A stretch of DNA of 64,000 nt from Octopus vulgaris (taxonomy: Eukaryota): contig OX597819.1 of assembly GCA_951406725.2 (NCBI GenBank), positions 74,896,001-74,960,000 of the forward strand, written 5' to 3'. The translations under genes were made by a program, and so were the position numbers. Positions within the stretch are counted from its first letter, which is position 1, and each line of letters opens with the position of its first letter. The notes beneath the pieces were generated by a model, which searched no databases, had not been told where the DNA came from, and saw only the letters and a program-made list of their open reading frames with translations. Positions 27,816 to 41,500 of the stretch are shown here, piece by piece.

Positions 27816-27857
<42 letters not shown>

Positions 27858-28691
27858 CCCGTTCTGTCTGTGTGTGTGTGTCTTCTAGGATCTCAGGCAT
27901 CCTTCCCTTCATTGTGCCAACATTGATGATAGCGTCCCTGGGTTTAAGTACTTGGGAGTGGTTGCGGTAAGTTAGTTGTGAGAGTTTTGTCGTCACCTGA
28001 AACGAAGATCTGCGAAAATGCTTACCAGCTTGCATAGACCTCATCCAACATCCTAAGCAAGAGCCAACAAGTGGATATGAGAATAGGGTGGTTACATAGA
28101 GCAGCTTAAGTATTATGTGTGTAAATATTCAACTGTATGACACACATCAGGGCTCTTGTATGAGGACTATAAAGAGGGGGAATAAGGGTATGCTCAAAAT
28201 ATATGTATTCACATAAACAGCACACGTATGAATCACCAGGTGAAAATGTTACGAGTTAAAATGGTGGGGAAGGGTGAGTGGGTGTAATGCATATGCAAAA
28301 ACGGACATTGAGCAGCCCTTGTGTAAGGCTAAGCTTATGCATAGTGTAGCTAGTTCGGGCACAGAAGGAAAGCTGTAGTATTTAATAATTATTATTCTTA
28401 TTAAAATACTAAATTAATATACATGTACCTTTTTTAATTGATAAATTTATCTCCTAAGCATTTTTGCAACAGGAATGGGAGTCTGGCTGAAACTGAAATG
28501 AAATGAAAATTAGGTGTGGCCTTAGCAAGTAGATAGTGAAAGAAATGAGGGAATCCTAGATTGATTGACTAATTCACATATGGATGATAATAACAAAAAC
28601 TTAGCTAAAAAACAAATCCTACAACTGGTTGATTAGGATTGACTTGAGGTTAAACAACAGTTTTTATTATTATTTTTCTCTTTTTTTGCAG

Positions 28692-28719
28692 GCCCTATGG
28701 GACCAATATCACAAATAGG
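28692..28719 (+). CDS. ZNF207: ZNF207 28-nt microexon (exon 5)
   Basis: tttttttgcag|GC CCT ATG GGA CCA ATA TCA CAA ATA GG|gtaagt; needed to convert phase 1 to phase 2 between exons 4 and 6. Confidence 0.85.
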
Positions 28720-29017
28720 GTAAGTCTTAATTTCATCTCTGCTTTATTCATACCAATAATTACTTATAACAATTGTAAAACATCTTGTGATGTCTCAATA
28801 TTTCCAATGTCCATGCCAACTAAATATATAAACCAATAAAGGAATTATAAAGAATGGTAAATACACTTTTAAGGTAAGTGATTAGGTTTTAAAGAAGGAA
28901 AAAAATAAATAAAGATGTTTAATGTGTCAGTTTTGAAATTTGTCTCTCATAAAATCATTTTTATAAAATATTTTTAAAGAATTCTTTATTCAATTTTGTT
29001 GTATTCCTTCTTTGCAG

Positions 29018-29174
29018 AATGCATCCAAACAATGGTCCTGGTATTCCCACAATGGCTGTTCCTCCACGTGGAATAATGCCTCAAGTGTCAAGACCTCCAA
29101 TTTCCTCACAGTCTATAACTTCAACACAGAATGCACCAGCAAAACCTCTTTTCCCCGCTGCAGCAGCTGGACAG
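29018..29174 (+). CDS. ZNF207: ZNF207 coding exon 6
   Basis: MHPNNGPGIPTMAVPPRGIMPQVSRPP...AKPLFPAAAAGQ (KPLFP motif); tttgcag| ... CAG|gtaagc. Confidence 0.9.
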
Positions 29175-31324
29175 GTAAGCTAGGGCTTCCTATCAACTAT
29201 TGAAAAATATTGATACCTCAGGACTTGGAGCATTTTTAACTTGTCACTCTCAGTATCATCATCATCATCATTGGTTTTTCATATGTCAAATGGACTCTCC
29301 ATGTTGACCTGCTACTTCTCAGCATTGAGAGATCATAGCTTTTGTTGTAATGTGATTAGAATGTCTCAGGAAAGAACCACAAAATGGATTAAGCTAAGCC
29401 AACCAGTAGAAAACGTAAGGGTGATGAAGAATGAGATGGCTGAGTATCTCTAGTTTCAGTTGGTTAAGTTTGGAAACCCAGCTGGAAAGTGAAATAGTAG
29501 TTGTTTCTGATAAGACCCTATGGAGGGAGATTCCTGAAATGGTGGGCAGAGAGAATGGATGGAGAAGTTTGTAGTATGGTCACCTTGTCTATACCTAGGG
29601 TCTGCTTCTTAAGTCATCCTTTGCTCTGTGCTCTGGACTAGTCTTGTTGATACACTGGCAGGTTTCTGATTGAATTTATCATCATCATTTAGCATGTTTT
29701 CTATGCCAACAATGGTTGATAGGTTCCACAGGATCCTTCAAGCTTCACTGTCAACTTTGCCATGATTTCTATGGCTGAATGCCTTTCCTAACACCAACCA
29801 GTTCACAGAATGCCTTGGCAGCTTTATTTAATTTATTTTTCCATCGCACTTGCGCTAGTGAGGGTACTGAGTAACTTGCAAAACAAAACCCGTTGAATGA
29901 GGGAAGTGGCTTTGTAGCAGGGGATGAGAGCTTAAAGTATGATGGAGGGACAAGCCCATAGGTCTTGCTGTAGTGGAGATATGTAGCTGCCCCAGCAGGA
30001 AAGGGAGAAAGCATGTTGGTGTGCTGTCAGGATACAAGAAGGTGAATAGTAATAGAAAAGGGACAGGGAATCAAGGATTGCTGTGTGGATAGGTTTGGGT
30101 GATTGTGAAAGAAGAGTAACAAATGGTTAGAAGGGGTGGGGGTGATCAGTAATGAATCTCGGTTTAAGGGTGGTAGGTAAAGGACAATAGGATGTGAGTC
30201 AGAGAGTAGAAGATGATAGGTGGCAGTACATAAATGGGGGAAGTGGAGAGTAACTAATAAAAATGTAGAGAAATGGCGAAATGATGTGAAGTGTTGGTGA
30301 GAGAGAAACTGCATAATTTTGTTACTTAACATCAGGTTGACCTTGGGAAAACCTCTATATTAACCACTTGACCTATTAGAAAAAGGAACCTAAATCTCTC
30401 ATCTTAAAAAATGGATGAAGACAAGAATGGTCACAGCTAAAGAAGGCCAGTCAGTTAAAGATTCATTACAGAAAACCATAACGGTTGAACATCAAAAAGC
30501 ATTAAAAGAATTAATTTGGCAGTTTTCAAGTTGTCATCAGTGGTTTCATTGTGTACACAGAAACAAATAGGGAACTGGCTTCAGAAATTTCATCATTATT
30601 ATTAAACATCCATGTTCTCTGTTTATCTGTGATGAACAGCCAGTTCCATTGTAGCTACAATGTCCCCTGTTCCCTCAAAATTAGTTTTGTTCCACCTTCT
30701 CCAGAAGCCCGTCTTGTCATCCATGTTGTATTAGATCCTGCACTAATCCCTAAAGCCATTCCTTCTTCTGCTGGAACATTCATTCTCTGGGCTTCCCTTA
30801 GGGTTGCACTGTACCAAATGAGTATAAGTATTTTGTAAAGGGAAATGTCCAAATCAAGTTATTGAACTGTTATTGATTGGATAGGGAACGTTATTCTATA
30901 TTTCCTGAGTTTGTTTATATGTAAACAACAAGATCAATAATGCTGATCCATTGAGATCCATAGAGAAGCGGTCAGTACAAATCCTCTTTTTATTGATACA
31001 TAAACAATATGAAACGTTTGTTTTTTTATCTGGTACCAGAATATAAAACAGATATAAAGAAAGACAATGGAAAATAGTTGGGGGATCAAATGTGAGGGTG
31101 CTAGGATCAGCAGATTAAGACAAGAAGGGATGTCAATCAGTAGCAATGGAGAAGTTAAGGACCATAATGATATAGTTATAAAGCACCACTGTAGTATCTT
31201 TTTTCTTTTTTTTTATGCTACTATAGATTGAACCTGTCTCCTCAACAGTATCTGTTGTAACTTGTCTGTCTGTTGTATTTGATGCTAAATATTGATCAAT
31301 GTTTTCAATTTTGTTTTTAACCAG

Positions 31325-31546
31325 ACACAGACTAGCACATCGCGACCAGTTGGACCAGATTTCAAACCCACCACAGCTATAAGCCAAGCTATGGCACAGA
31401 TAAAACCAACATTTCCTTCAGCAGCTGCTGTCACAACATCAATCTCCCCCAGTGCCACAATATCAGGAGCACCTATTATCCGTAAACCAGAATCGGCGTC
31501 AGGGTTAACGTCAAAGTTGATGCATCCGGATGAAGACATATCACTG
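31325..31546 (+). CDS. ZNF207: ZNF207 coding exon 7
   Basis: TQTSTSRPVGPDFKP...KPTFPS...SKLMHPDEDISL|gtgagt; an alternative acceptor 6 nt downstream (31331) is possible. Confidence 0.92.
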
Positions 31547-32664
31547 GTGAGTTTATATGTGGGTTTGTGGCATCGGATGGCTGGCTCTCTTCCATCTTTT
31601 CACTTCTTAATAGCGACCATCTTGGAGTCTTGTCTCTACATTTCTTTTTAGGTCTCAAGTCATCCTCCTCCATAGATTCCTTCTCTTCCACTTGCCTCAT
31701 CTCACACACACATATAAAATGTATGCCTACGTACGCATGTTGTGTGTATAAAAATATCCTTTCCCTTATTAAATTCCTGTCTTTTATTTTTGCTATATTT
31801 TGAATTATTTAAATTTCCTTTCCCCCTTTCAAATAACTGTTATAGGATTTAAAAACAAAACTTGATTTAAGAAAAAAAACATTAAAAGTGAAAATGTAAA
31901 ATTGATTTTGCTCTTCTTCTCAAAGTATTATTGGTGTACAGTTTTGTGATGGTAAAGTTCTTGACTGAATCAAGTCTTTGAACTAGTTTTTGTTACTATT
32001 TGGAACGTTTGTTTCACTAAAATGAGTTCACAGCTGAAACCTACACCAGTGTCGCATAACCAGCCCCAGCCCACTCAAAAGTACCTTAGATTGTAGGGCG
32101 ACATGCTGTGCTTGAGGAGACCTATTGAGTCAAGTTCATCAAAATCAAGTGGAAATTGTATTTGTGATCCCTGTGCCGTTCCGTGCTGGTGGCATGTAAA
32201 AAACACCAACTGTGGTTGTTACCAGTCTCCTCTGGCACGTAAAAAGCACCCACTACACTCTCAGAGTGGTTTGGCATTAGGAAGGGCATCTAGCTGTAGA
32301 AACACTACCAGATTAGACTGGAGCCTGGTACAGCCTCCTGGCTTCCCAGATCCCAGTTGAACCGTCCAACCCATGCCAGCATGGAAAACGGATGTTGATG
32401 ATAAACTGATTAAGACTATTGTCAAACAATGCAACTTTCACAACAGAATATTATCTCCCTAACTTGAGGCTTCAAGCTGATAAGCAGTGTTCTTTATGAG
32501 GGGAAGTTCAAGGTCAGCTTATCTCACTAAGCTTTATTCACTGGAAGTGTTGAAACTTGTATATTAAGTGTTCCCATTTACTTAGCAACAATCAGTTGAT
32601 TAATTTTGTGCTATTTCTAAGGAAATAATTCAACTCAGCTAGTGAGACTTTTGAGTATATTCTT

Positions 32665-32877
32665 TTTTATTCTAGGCACAAGGGCCCGAAGTTTCTGGGG
32701 TGGGGGTCAGTCAATTAGATCGACCTCAGTACGCAACTGGTACTTAATTTATTGACCCCGAAAGGATGAAAGGCAAAGTCAACCTCAGCGGAATTTGAAC
32801 TCAGAATGTAAAGATGGATGAAATACTGCTAAGCATTTTGCCCAGCATGCTAACATTTCTGCCAGCTCACTGCCTTG
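32665..32877 (-). mobile_element. Family-A SINE (intronic)
   Basis: Full core motif; further copies near 24625, 26550, 42095, 45870, 57885, 61385. Confidence 0.85.
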
Positions 32878-33632
32878 TGAGGCTTGAGTATATTGCCTGC
32901 AGACATGGCTCTGCAATGCAACCAAGATAATGCCAACTAAATCTTTAACTGGCACCATCTTGTTTTCTGGGGAGTGAAATGTGTGATGTGATTTTTTATT
33001 CATGGTAAAAAAAAAACCCAGCCCATCACTCATGTCATTTATGCCTTTGGGGGTGGGGGAACCTGGCTGATTGTCAGTTTTATTTGCTGCTTGCTTTTAA
33101 ATCTGGAGTTTGATGTTTGTGTACTTAGATGCTGTCAGTATTGGGCACTGTGGCCCAGCAGTGATAAGATTTTTTGATCTTTAGTTAGAAGTATTTCAAC
33201 TTTCTTCAGCTAATTCCTTGTGATTTTATGCCATTGACCGTTTTCCGTTCTTGTATTTTTAAAGTGGCAAATTTGAATTTCAAAGTCTGTTAACATCATA
33301 AATGTAGATATATTTACCTGCCTGATGCTGTCCTCCTAGATTTAAAAATAAATGTTACAGATTCTAGATAATGTTGATTTGAAAATTCCTACTAATGTCC
33401 TAGAGCTCAGCAAATGGTTGAGGTGGCCATCTTTCTCCATTGAAGAATCACTTGATCAGTAAGTGAATGATGCACTACATTTTTCTTTGTTTTTAATTTC
33501 CCCAAAAAAACTAAAGTCGTCTTGCTGTAATTTTCTGTCATTGAAGAATGTCTGTAACAATCTATTAGATATCAAAGAACTACCATGTTTGTTTTAATGT
33601 CTACATGTGATGTATTATTATTGCTTTTATAG

Positions 33633-33696
33633 GAAGAAAGACGTGCCAGTCTCCCTAAGTATAAAAAAGCCACTCAGTCGCCTCGGCCTGTACAAG
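33633..33696 (+). CDS. ZNF207: ZNF207 coding exon 8 (completes GLEBS-like HPDEDISL|EERRA)
   Basis: ttttatag|EERRASLPKYKKATQSPRPVQ G|gtatga; second in-phase donor after 33723. Confidence 0.88.
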
Positions 33697-36525
33697 GTAT
33701 GATGACATCTGGAATGCTGTCTGGTCAGTAAATATTTTCTCTTTTAAACCCTCTTCTTATATTCTTGTTCCTCATACCAAACAGAGCAGCAAATATGAAT
33801 GAATGCATAAATATGTACAACTGCATTTCTTATATTCCACAATAAATGCTTGTTTATAAAACCATTGGTTTTACATCCATTCTCTCTTCTGGCATGGGTT
33901 TGATGGGTCATCACAGTCCAAATCAGTTCTTATTCAGTTTCTGCCCTCCAAGACGACTGGGGAGGTGCGGTAGGGGGGGGGGGCATTTCTCACTTGTGTT
34001 TTTTTTTTCTACATAGTTTCTACAGCTCAGTACTTTTCCTAAACCCCAACCACTTTACAAAATGGATTGGAAGCATTTGATTGTGGCATTAGTGCTAAAC
34101 AAAAGAGAGCTGACCATTGCATGTTGTCTCTTTTTGTTCAAGAAGGCAGTGTAAGCAACAGAATAGGCAGAAGATGAATCAGGGCAGGAGAGAAGAGAAG
34201 AATTGAGAGAGTATGTTGGAAGAAACAGTAATTGGAGTGACAGGACGGGAGGAAATAATCAATGCTAGGTGAAGTAAGGAAGGAAACAGTTAAGCAATGG
34301 GGAAGAGAGAGAAGAGATGGCTAAGGGCAGCTATAAGTTAGTAAGAGAAGCAAGTGGTGGTTCTAGAAATTGGTTGATGTGTGTGTGTGTTGACCATGAG
34401 TGACCTGAAATGGTAGCTAATAATACAGAAGGGTAATGCTTACTGTTAAGGTGTGAGGGGCTAACCCTCAGAATCCTTTGTCTTTGTGAAGTGTAACTTC
34501 TTGTGAACTGCCTTTAATGCTTTGTTTCTTGTTGTCCTCAATCTCCATCTTTCACAGGGTCCCTCCACTTGGAGCATTCACTACTTTCTTGCACATCACA
34601 TGCCTCTACCAGTTCAGTTCTTGCACACTAAATTTGATTCCTTTTGTATCTGGTTTCTCTTTACCCTCATTTGTACTCCATCATCCACACGCTAACATTA
34701 GACATCCATCAGTGTGTGCTCACTTCATTTCTAATCTTTGCAAATGCTCTGCATCCAAGGCTCATGTGTTGCTACCATGCAGCATTATACATAAACATTA
34801 AATGATTTGCCCCTAATTCTGAGGGAGCAATTCTTTATTGCTATCAGAGGTTATAATACATTCTTACACAAACACTTAGAACACTTGCACCTACGGTTAA
34901 TTTATTTATGTCCCATCTGTTATTAATCTTTATTCCTCCTATGCATCCATGCAGAATTTCTGTCTCCTCCTTTTCTTGCATATCAAACCCAGTACCAGTT
35001 TCTGATGGCACCAGAACCCTGTCTTTTTTCGTATTTAATAAAATTTACTATTTGCTATGTTTGAGGTTTCTCTATTCTAGTCTTCTTTACGTATCTGAAA
35101 TTTCTTCTGTAAATCTACATTAGATTTAATTCTCAGAACTAAATCATAGTTCCCATGCCATGGACTAACAGTCTTAAACTCCTGTTATATCTTGGAAGAC
35201 TACAATGGACAAAAAGGGCTGAGGACCAGGCCCAAATAGACCCCCACCTACACTCTAAACTTGTCACTGTTCACATAGCTAACACTGACCTTGCTGCCGA
35301 TACCTGTGTATATAGTTTGTACAAGAAATTTGTCTGGGTTTCCTTAACATTCATCACATAATAAATCATGGAACTATCAAAACCTTTCTCCTGGTCAGTA
35401 TATGCAAGTTACAACAGCTTACTTTTAGCTAAAAATATAACAAACAAGATGAGGACAAATATCCATCAAATGTAAATAATTTAAATAATGTAAATAATAA
35501 GCTTTTACATGGTTGCTTTTCTTTTGCTAGAAAAGATAGCCACATCTCTCTGAACTACTACAACTTGAAATAAAGGAATGTATACTTGAGATAATGTTGT
35601 CTTAAATACTCCTGGATAGATGAAATAGTCATGGCTGGACTGTTTTTGGTGACAGATCTCAGTGGAAGTTCACTTGTGATTGAACATACCATTTCTTCTG
35701 TCTTCTTTGAGTTCTGTAAAAGGTGTAATTTTAAACCTGTTATACATCATTGATCACAATGTGCTTTGCATCGTTTTTAGCTTTGAAAGAACCCTAACCC
35801 TGTTGGCTACAGGAACAGGCCAACATCCGTTCCCCCTAATCAGAAGGCTAGTCCGTCACAGAGTGACCCATTTATAGCTGAGTGGCCCAAAGCAACGTAA
35901 AGTATTTTGCTTAAGTACGCAATGCACCACCCAATCTGGAAATTGAACCCATGGTCTGGCAATCCTGAGTGCAACACCCTAACCATTAGGCCACATGTAT
36001 TGCTATAATGTGTTACAAATCAAAAAAAATATCTAAATTTTTCAGGTTCACTGGTATTACAAAAAGTTTCAGCTTTGAGTGGAATAATAGCCGGCACGAG
36101 TAGCTTGCTTGGTAGTTTCATTGTCATCATTTAACATCTGTTTTCCATGCTGGCATGGGTTGGACAGTTTGAGGTTTGGGGAGCCAGCGGCTGCACCAGG
36201 CTCCAGTCTGATCTGGCAAGGTTTCTACTGCTGGATGCTCTTCTAATGCAAACCACTCCAAGAGTGTAGTGGGTGCTTCTTACATGCCACCAGCACAGGA
36301 GCCAGTCAGGCATGCCTGGCATCAATCACATTCAGATAGTGCTTTTTACATGCCACCAGCATGGGGCTAGTCAGTGGGTACTGGCATCAGCCATGTTCAG
36401 ATGGTGCTTTTTATGTGCCACCGGCATGGGAGCCAGTCGGGAGCACTACAAATGGTGGCTGTATTGTAGAAGTGGAGTAAGTTATATTTGATGTGTTCAG
36501 TATTTTACTGTTTGCAAGTGACTGA

Positions 36526-36745
36526 CCCTTCAGCATTCTGATTACTCTGTCAAATGTAATCCTTATTTATTCACATTGTTTCGAATTAATTTTGCATCAT
36601 CTCATAGCCTTGAGATTTTGACAATGTGATTGTTTTTAGAATGACATTGTTGGGTAGGTGTGAGAGGCTGGATCTGGCCAGTTTGAACATAAAATAGGTA
36701 GAATATTTGGTCTGGGTACGGTCAGTTTAAATGCTAAAAGGTTAA
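36526..36745. mobile_element. piggyBac-like MITE
   Basis: cccttcagcatt...aatgctaaaaggttaa; same family as 43459-43659, 55029-55257, 55495-55682. Confidence 0.7.
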
Positions 36746-37186
36746 AGAATGTTACAAATCACCATCATCATAGTTCAGCACCTGCCTTCCATGCTGGCAT
36801 GGGTGGGATGGTTTGACAGGAGCCAATCAGGCAGAAGCTTGCACTAGACTTTTGTGACTGTATTGGCAGGGTTTTTACAGCTGGATGACCTTCCTAACAT
36901 CAACCACTCAGCAGAGTGGACTTAGTGGTTTTTACAGGACACAAGCACATGTGAGGTCAGTTTTGGCAAGGCTTTTTTACAGCTGGATGCCCTTCCAAAT
37001 GCCAACCACTTTACAATGTGAACTGGATGCATTTTAAATGGCAAATGGATCCCAGAAATAGAAAACTAACATTGCATTTACTTTAATTCTGACTTTGTGT
37101 AAAATGATTTCCTTTAGCATTTTAATTTTAGTTTTTTTCTTTTTTCTTTCTTTGTCACTTATTGTAAAACCTTTTGACAATTTCAG

Positions 37187-37326
37187 GCCCAATTCTCACT
37201 CGAATGCCAGCCACTGTGCCACCAGCGATGGGCATCCGTGCTCCTTACAACCCATATCCACGTGGTGTCATAATGAATCAACCAGCAACGACAACACAAT
37301 CACCGCAACAAGCAGGGAGGTTCTAA
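37187..37326 (+). CDS. ZNF207: ZNF207 terminal coding exon 9
   Basis: tttcag|GPILTRMPATVPPAMGIRAPYNPYPRGVIMNQP...QQAGRF*; phase fits, and the end resembles the MG.RPP...GRY C-terminus of the family. Confidence 0.85.
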
Positions 37327-40300
37327 ATGTTATGTTAGAGCTGTTTATTTTCTTTTCTTCTTCTTTTTTTCTTCTTCTTCTCTTCTACTTCTCCCTTTTT
37401 ATTGCCACCAACTTAGAGTGTCCACCTCATTGGTGAGTGTCATAATGGGAATCACTAAATTCTCTAGCAGTGACAGTCTGATTGGTAATTACAGCAGTAA
37501 TTGGTAAGCTCGTCAATACTATTATTATTATTATTCTTTAGCTTGAGCTTGCTGCTGCTACTGCTGTTCTTGCTGGTTAGCTCCAGTCTTCAGCTGCCAA
37601 TCTGTTATTCCTCCTGCTCCCTTGCCCTCGTTCTTATTTCACAATCATTTTCTGACTGTTCACTCCTTGAGAGAAAAAAACAAAACAAAGCAAGCAAATG
37701 TATATTTTTCCTTTTTTTTTTTTTTTTTTGTTAAATACCTCTCCATTAAACAAACTTTATCTCTTTTCCTTACAAAAATGTCTATTTTTTAAGAAACCTG
37801 CCTATTAGGAGTTTTCAGTAGATCATAAGCCTAATTAACCTGATGGGTATTGTTATGTACAGTTTATGCAGGTGAGGGGATAGAAGAAGACTTTAGCCCA
37901 GCTACTTACCATCCAACACTTGAATTCAAGGTAAGCGTCATTGTTTAGTCTCTTCAGACTTCCCTCATGTCCTTTTCTTTGTCTACAGCCACTTTTTTTT
38001 TCCTATCTCCATCACTAGTACAACCATAGCTGCTCTCCGCTCTTAAATTATTGAGTTACTCATCTGCAAAGTTCTACCTTATTCCATCTTTCTGATTTCT
38101 CCTAGCAGTGAGGAGAATGTTGTTTTCTTTGGATTAGCGGAATCACGTTAATAATTCCTTATTTTACTGGAGAAGTAATACAATTCAAAGATTTCAAACT
38201 GTTTAATTTTATTGATTAGAAAACTTGATTAGCAATTTTTTTTTTTCCATTCACAAAATGTTTTCTGACCTCAGGAACTTGTGGCTAACCTTCTGATTAT
38301 GTTCAAGAAACTCTGAAATAAAACTCTTGTGTCAAATGTGTGTAATAATAATAATAATAATAATAATTATAATCTCAAGCAATTCAGACCTGCATTTGCT
38401 ACCCATGGCAACACAACTGTCAAAGATATGGCATACAAAATCCATTCTATTTATTGGATAAAATGAATGTTGTGTAAATGGTGTTCGAAGAAATAGACGT
38501 CTATAACATTAAACCCTGAACATTTTTATTCCTGACACCATTAGTTCATTTGGTTGGGGGTAGGGTGGGCGATGGGGGGTAAGGTTGAAACGTGATCCTA
38601 AATAGGGTGGGGATGGGAGTGGGAGGAATGTTTATTTCATCAGACATTGAACACTGCTGGAATCTGGTAAGTGTGTGATTTATGAACATATTCTCAACCC
38701 CTCCCCCTGCCCTGCTGTCCCCTGAGCCCCCCCTACCTATTTAATGTATAGCTCATTGTGTATACTTGGGGTATTTTTCATTTCTAATAAATCACTCTAA
38801 GGAACAAGTTTTCAATATGTGTACTGTTATGATTTCTACCTTTCAATTTCCATGTTTGTTTGTTTTTAGATATTTTTTTTTTTTAAACAATTTCTTGTTT
38901 TATCTCATTTCCAAATAAAGAATGGTAGAAGGAATCCTTTCTAGAATTTTCTAGATGTATCACCTTTTTCTACCATTTTGTAATTTTGAAAGAAAACTTG
39001 TTAATTTTATGTATAAATGCATATATCTCGCAACTGTTAATTTGTCTGAATAGAAAGGCTGGTAGCTTTCAAATATTTTTTATGACTTCCAAGACTTTCA
39101 GTTCGGAGAGAGAACTAATATTCATAGAATTAGTGTTGGTTTTGGATTTCTCAAGAGTAACTGATGAAAGAGAAGTCATGGGCAGAAATGAAGGTGGTGG
39201 CGAAGAAAGATTTGATAAAGAAATTAGTGTAGAATAATCTAAAAATGTGGCACAAAGATGAAGCAATTTAAAAGTCTGCAGTTAGCAGAATCCAAAAAAC
39301 AGAAGCTGTCAAAACAGCAGTATTTATATGACAGCAGGCATGTAACTTGACAAAGATAAGTGGTTGGTGGAAAGGATTGTTCAAGGAACATCAGGGGTTG
39401 TACAGATGATGGGAGGAAGTGATGAACTTACACCTTAAGATCAACAGCTGTTTCAAGTTAGTGTGTGTGTGTATATACATACACTAATTGGCTGAAAGAT
39501 GGAAGTCACTGTCAATGATATTCTTGTATAAGAATGATAAAATTGTTTTTATTATAACTGAACATAAAAAGCAAAAGTAATTATAGAATATCTCTCATTT
39601 ACACAAGTTTGCTCTCTTATTAGTCTTGAGCAAAGTGGGGGTGGTCAAGCTAGGGCACTGACATCAAACTGCTCCTACTGAGGACTTGAACCTGTAACTG
39701 TCATATTAAGTCTGATGCTCTAATGAGCTATGTGTGGGGTGGCACAGATTGAGATACAGGAACTCATTAACTATTAAATTAATTGTAGTTATTAAATTAA
39801 TGCATTTATATTTACACATGTGAAGTCATATGGCCTTGTCATTAGAGACATTGCATTCACGATCTGGTGATTGTGGGTTCAATCTGTTGTCCAGGTAGCT
39901 GGTTGTGCTCCTGCACAAAACCCTTCATTTCACATTGCTCTGTCCACTCAGCTGTAGAAATGAGTCGCCCTGGAATGGATGAAACCCCCCCACCCAATTG
40001 GGGGGGAATGTTGACCTCTGCTAGTCAACAGTGGCATTTTTTGAAACACATTGTGACTAGTGGTGTATGGGAATGTCCGATAGCCTGATCAATCATATGA
40101 TATACCCACATGCTACTACCCATTAGGTTGAAAATGTATTCAGTCATTCTCTTTCAAAATGAAGAAAAATTCTAAAACTAACACATTTATATGTAATATT
40201 CCAGTCTTTTGAAGTCTTTCCTAATGTTATATATGCTTGATTTGCAGATTTAACATTTTCAAATTTATCTGAAACTTGATTTTTTTTTTCTTCTTCTTCT

Positions 40301-41500
40301 CTTTATAAAAGGCTGAAATAAAAAAAAAAATATTTTCTGCCTGTTCATGGTTTCAGTTTTGAGTTTGGGTACATTGGGTGGGAGAGAGAGAGAGAGAGAG
40401 CTTGCTTGTGACCTGGCTTTGGACTCCAAAGAAATTCTACAGGCAAGTCAGTCACCACGTCACAGTAAGACTGCTCTGTGTATGGTTCTGCGGCTTACTG
40501 TTGGGCTAGCTACAATGGCCCCCAACAACATGTTGGCGATGTGCATTTTTCTTTCTAAACTTGAGTTCTATAAATATATATATATATACACATATTTTTT
40601 TCTCCTGTTCCTGTAAATTCTGCATGCTTATTGGTAAATTATTTTAATCACTATATAAAAGATGGCCTGTTATATCTTAAGTTGCACTTTAATTACCTAG
40701 GAAACCTTTTTTCCTTTTTTTTCTTTTTCCTTTTTTTGTAACTCGGTCACAGCAAGTAGACTTGTTGTTGGGTTTTATCTGCCCCTAACTGCCTTTCTTG
40801 AGGTCAGTTGGTGACTTCGTTTGTTTGTTTGTTTTTTGTGTTTTGACTTGTTCATTTTCCTTTCATCTTTTGCAACATTTCGCATTTACGTAAACCTCAT
40901 TCATCTGTTACATTCCTTTCTATTCCTTGAACAATATTAATGGATTCCTTTTCTTTTTTTCTCGTCAGTAACAGATTTAATTTAATTTGATTTTGGTTTT
41001 GTATCTGATTTTCACTTTCTATTTTTAAAACTAGTTTGCTTTCTTCACCATTTGAGTTCTTTTAAGGCTTTTACATACCTCCATGTATGTATATATAAGA
41101 TTAGTGAGTGAATCGAGTATTCGCAAGTGTGTGTGTGTGTGGAATGAGATTTAGTCTAAGCCTAGTGTGAGTCTCCATTCATTTAAACCTGAATTTTAAG
41201 ATTTCATTGATAAATAGCTTTACATTGCAACAACAAATAACTGATGTTTTGATGTTTATATTTAAAAACTTCAAGATTTTTCTGTCCTGTTAAGAAGGAA
41301 AAAAACATTGAAATAGTTATGTTTGTTTGTTTTTGTCATGACAAAGCCATTTCTGTTAGTGATATGGTGAAGTTACTCTTGCATTTACTCAGATCAATGT
41401 AGTTTGAAACTTGTGTAATCTTCATTGGTGTTAATAGTGTGTGTGTGCACGCGTGTTCTTTTTCGCGTTTCTACATCTATGACTGGTTTCTGAATCGTTA
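37327..41500 (+). other. ZNF207: Probable long ZNF207 3' UTR
   Basis: U-rich, nearly repeat-free stretch with several AATAAA (near 38317, 38786, 38913, 40317); true end not determinable. Confidence 0.45.
39671..39738 (-). pseudogene. Degenerate tRNA-Lys-like sequence (pseudo-tRNA or SINE head)
   Basis: Minus strand tagctcattagagcatcagacttaatatga...ggttcaagtcctc resembles tRNA-Lys(TTT) with D-loop and anticodon-loop deletions. Confidence 0.55.

Noticed and set aside
16540-37186. Intronic snoRNAs or miRNAs in ZNF207
   Set aside because: No convincing C/D or H/ACA box pair with terminal stem seen by eye; an Rfam search would be needed.
39671-39738. Functional tRNA-Lys gene
   Set aside because: D-loop and anticodon-loop deletions and a poor acceptor stem.
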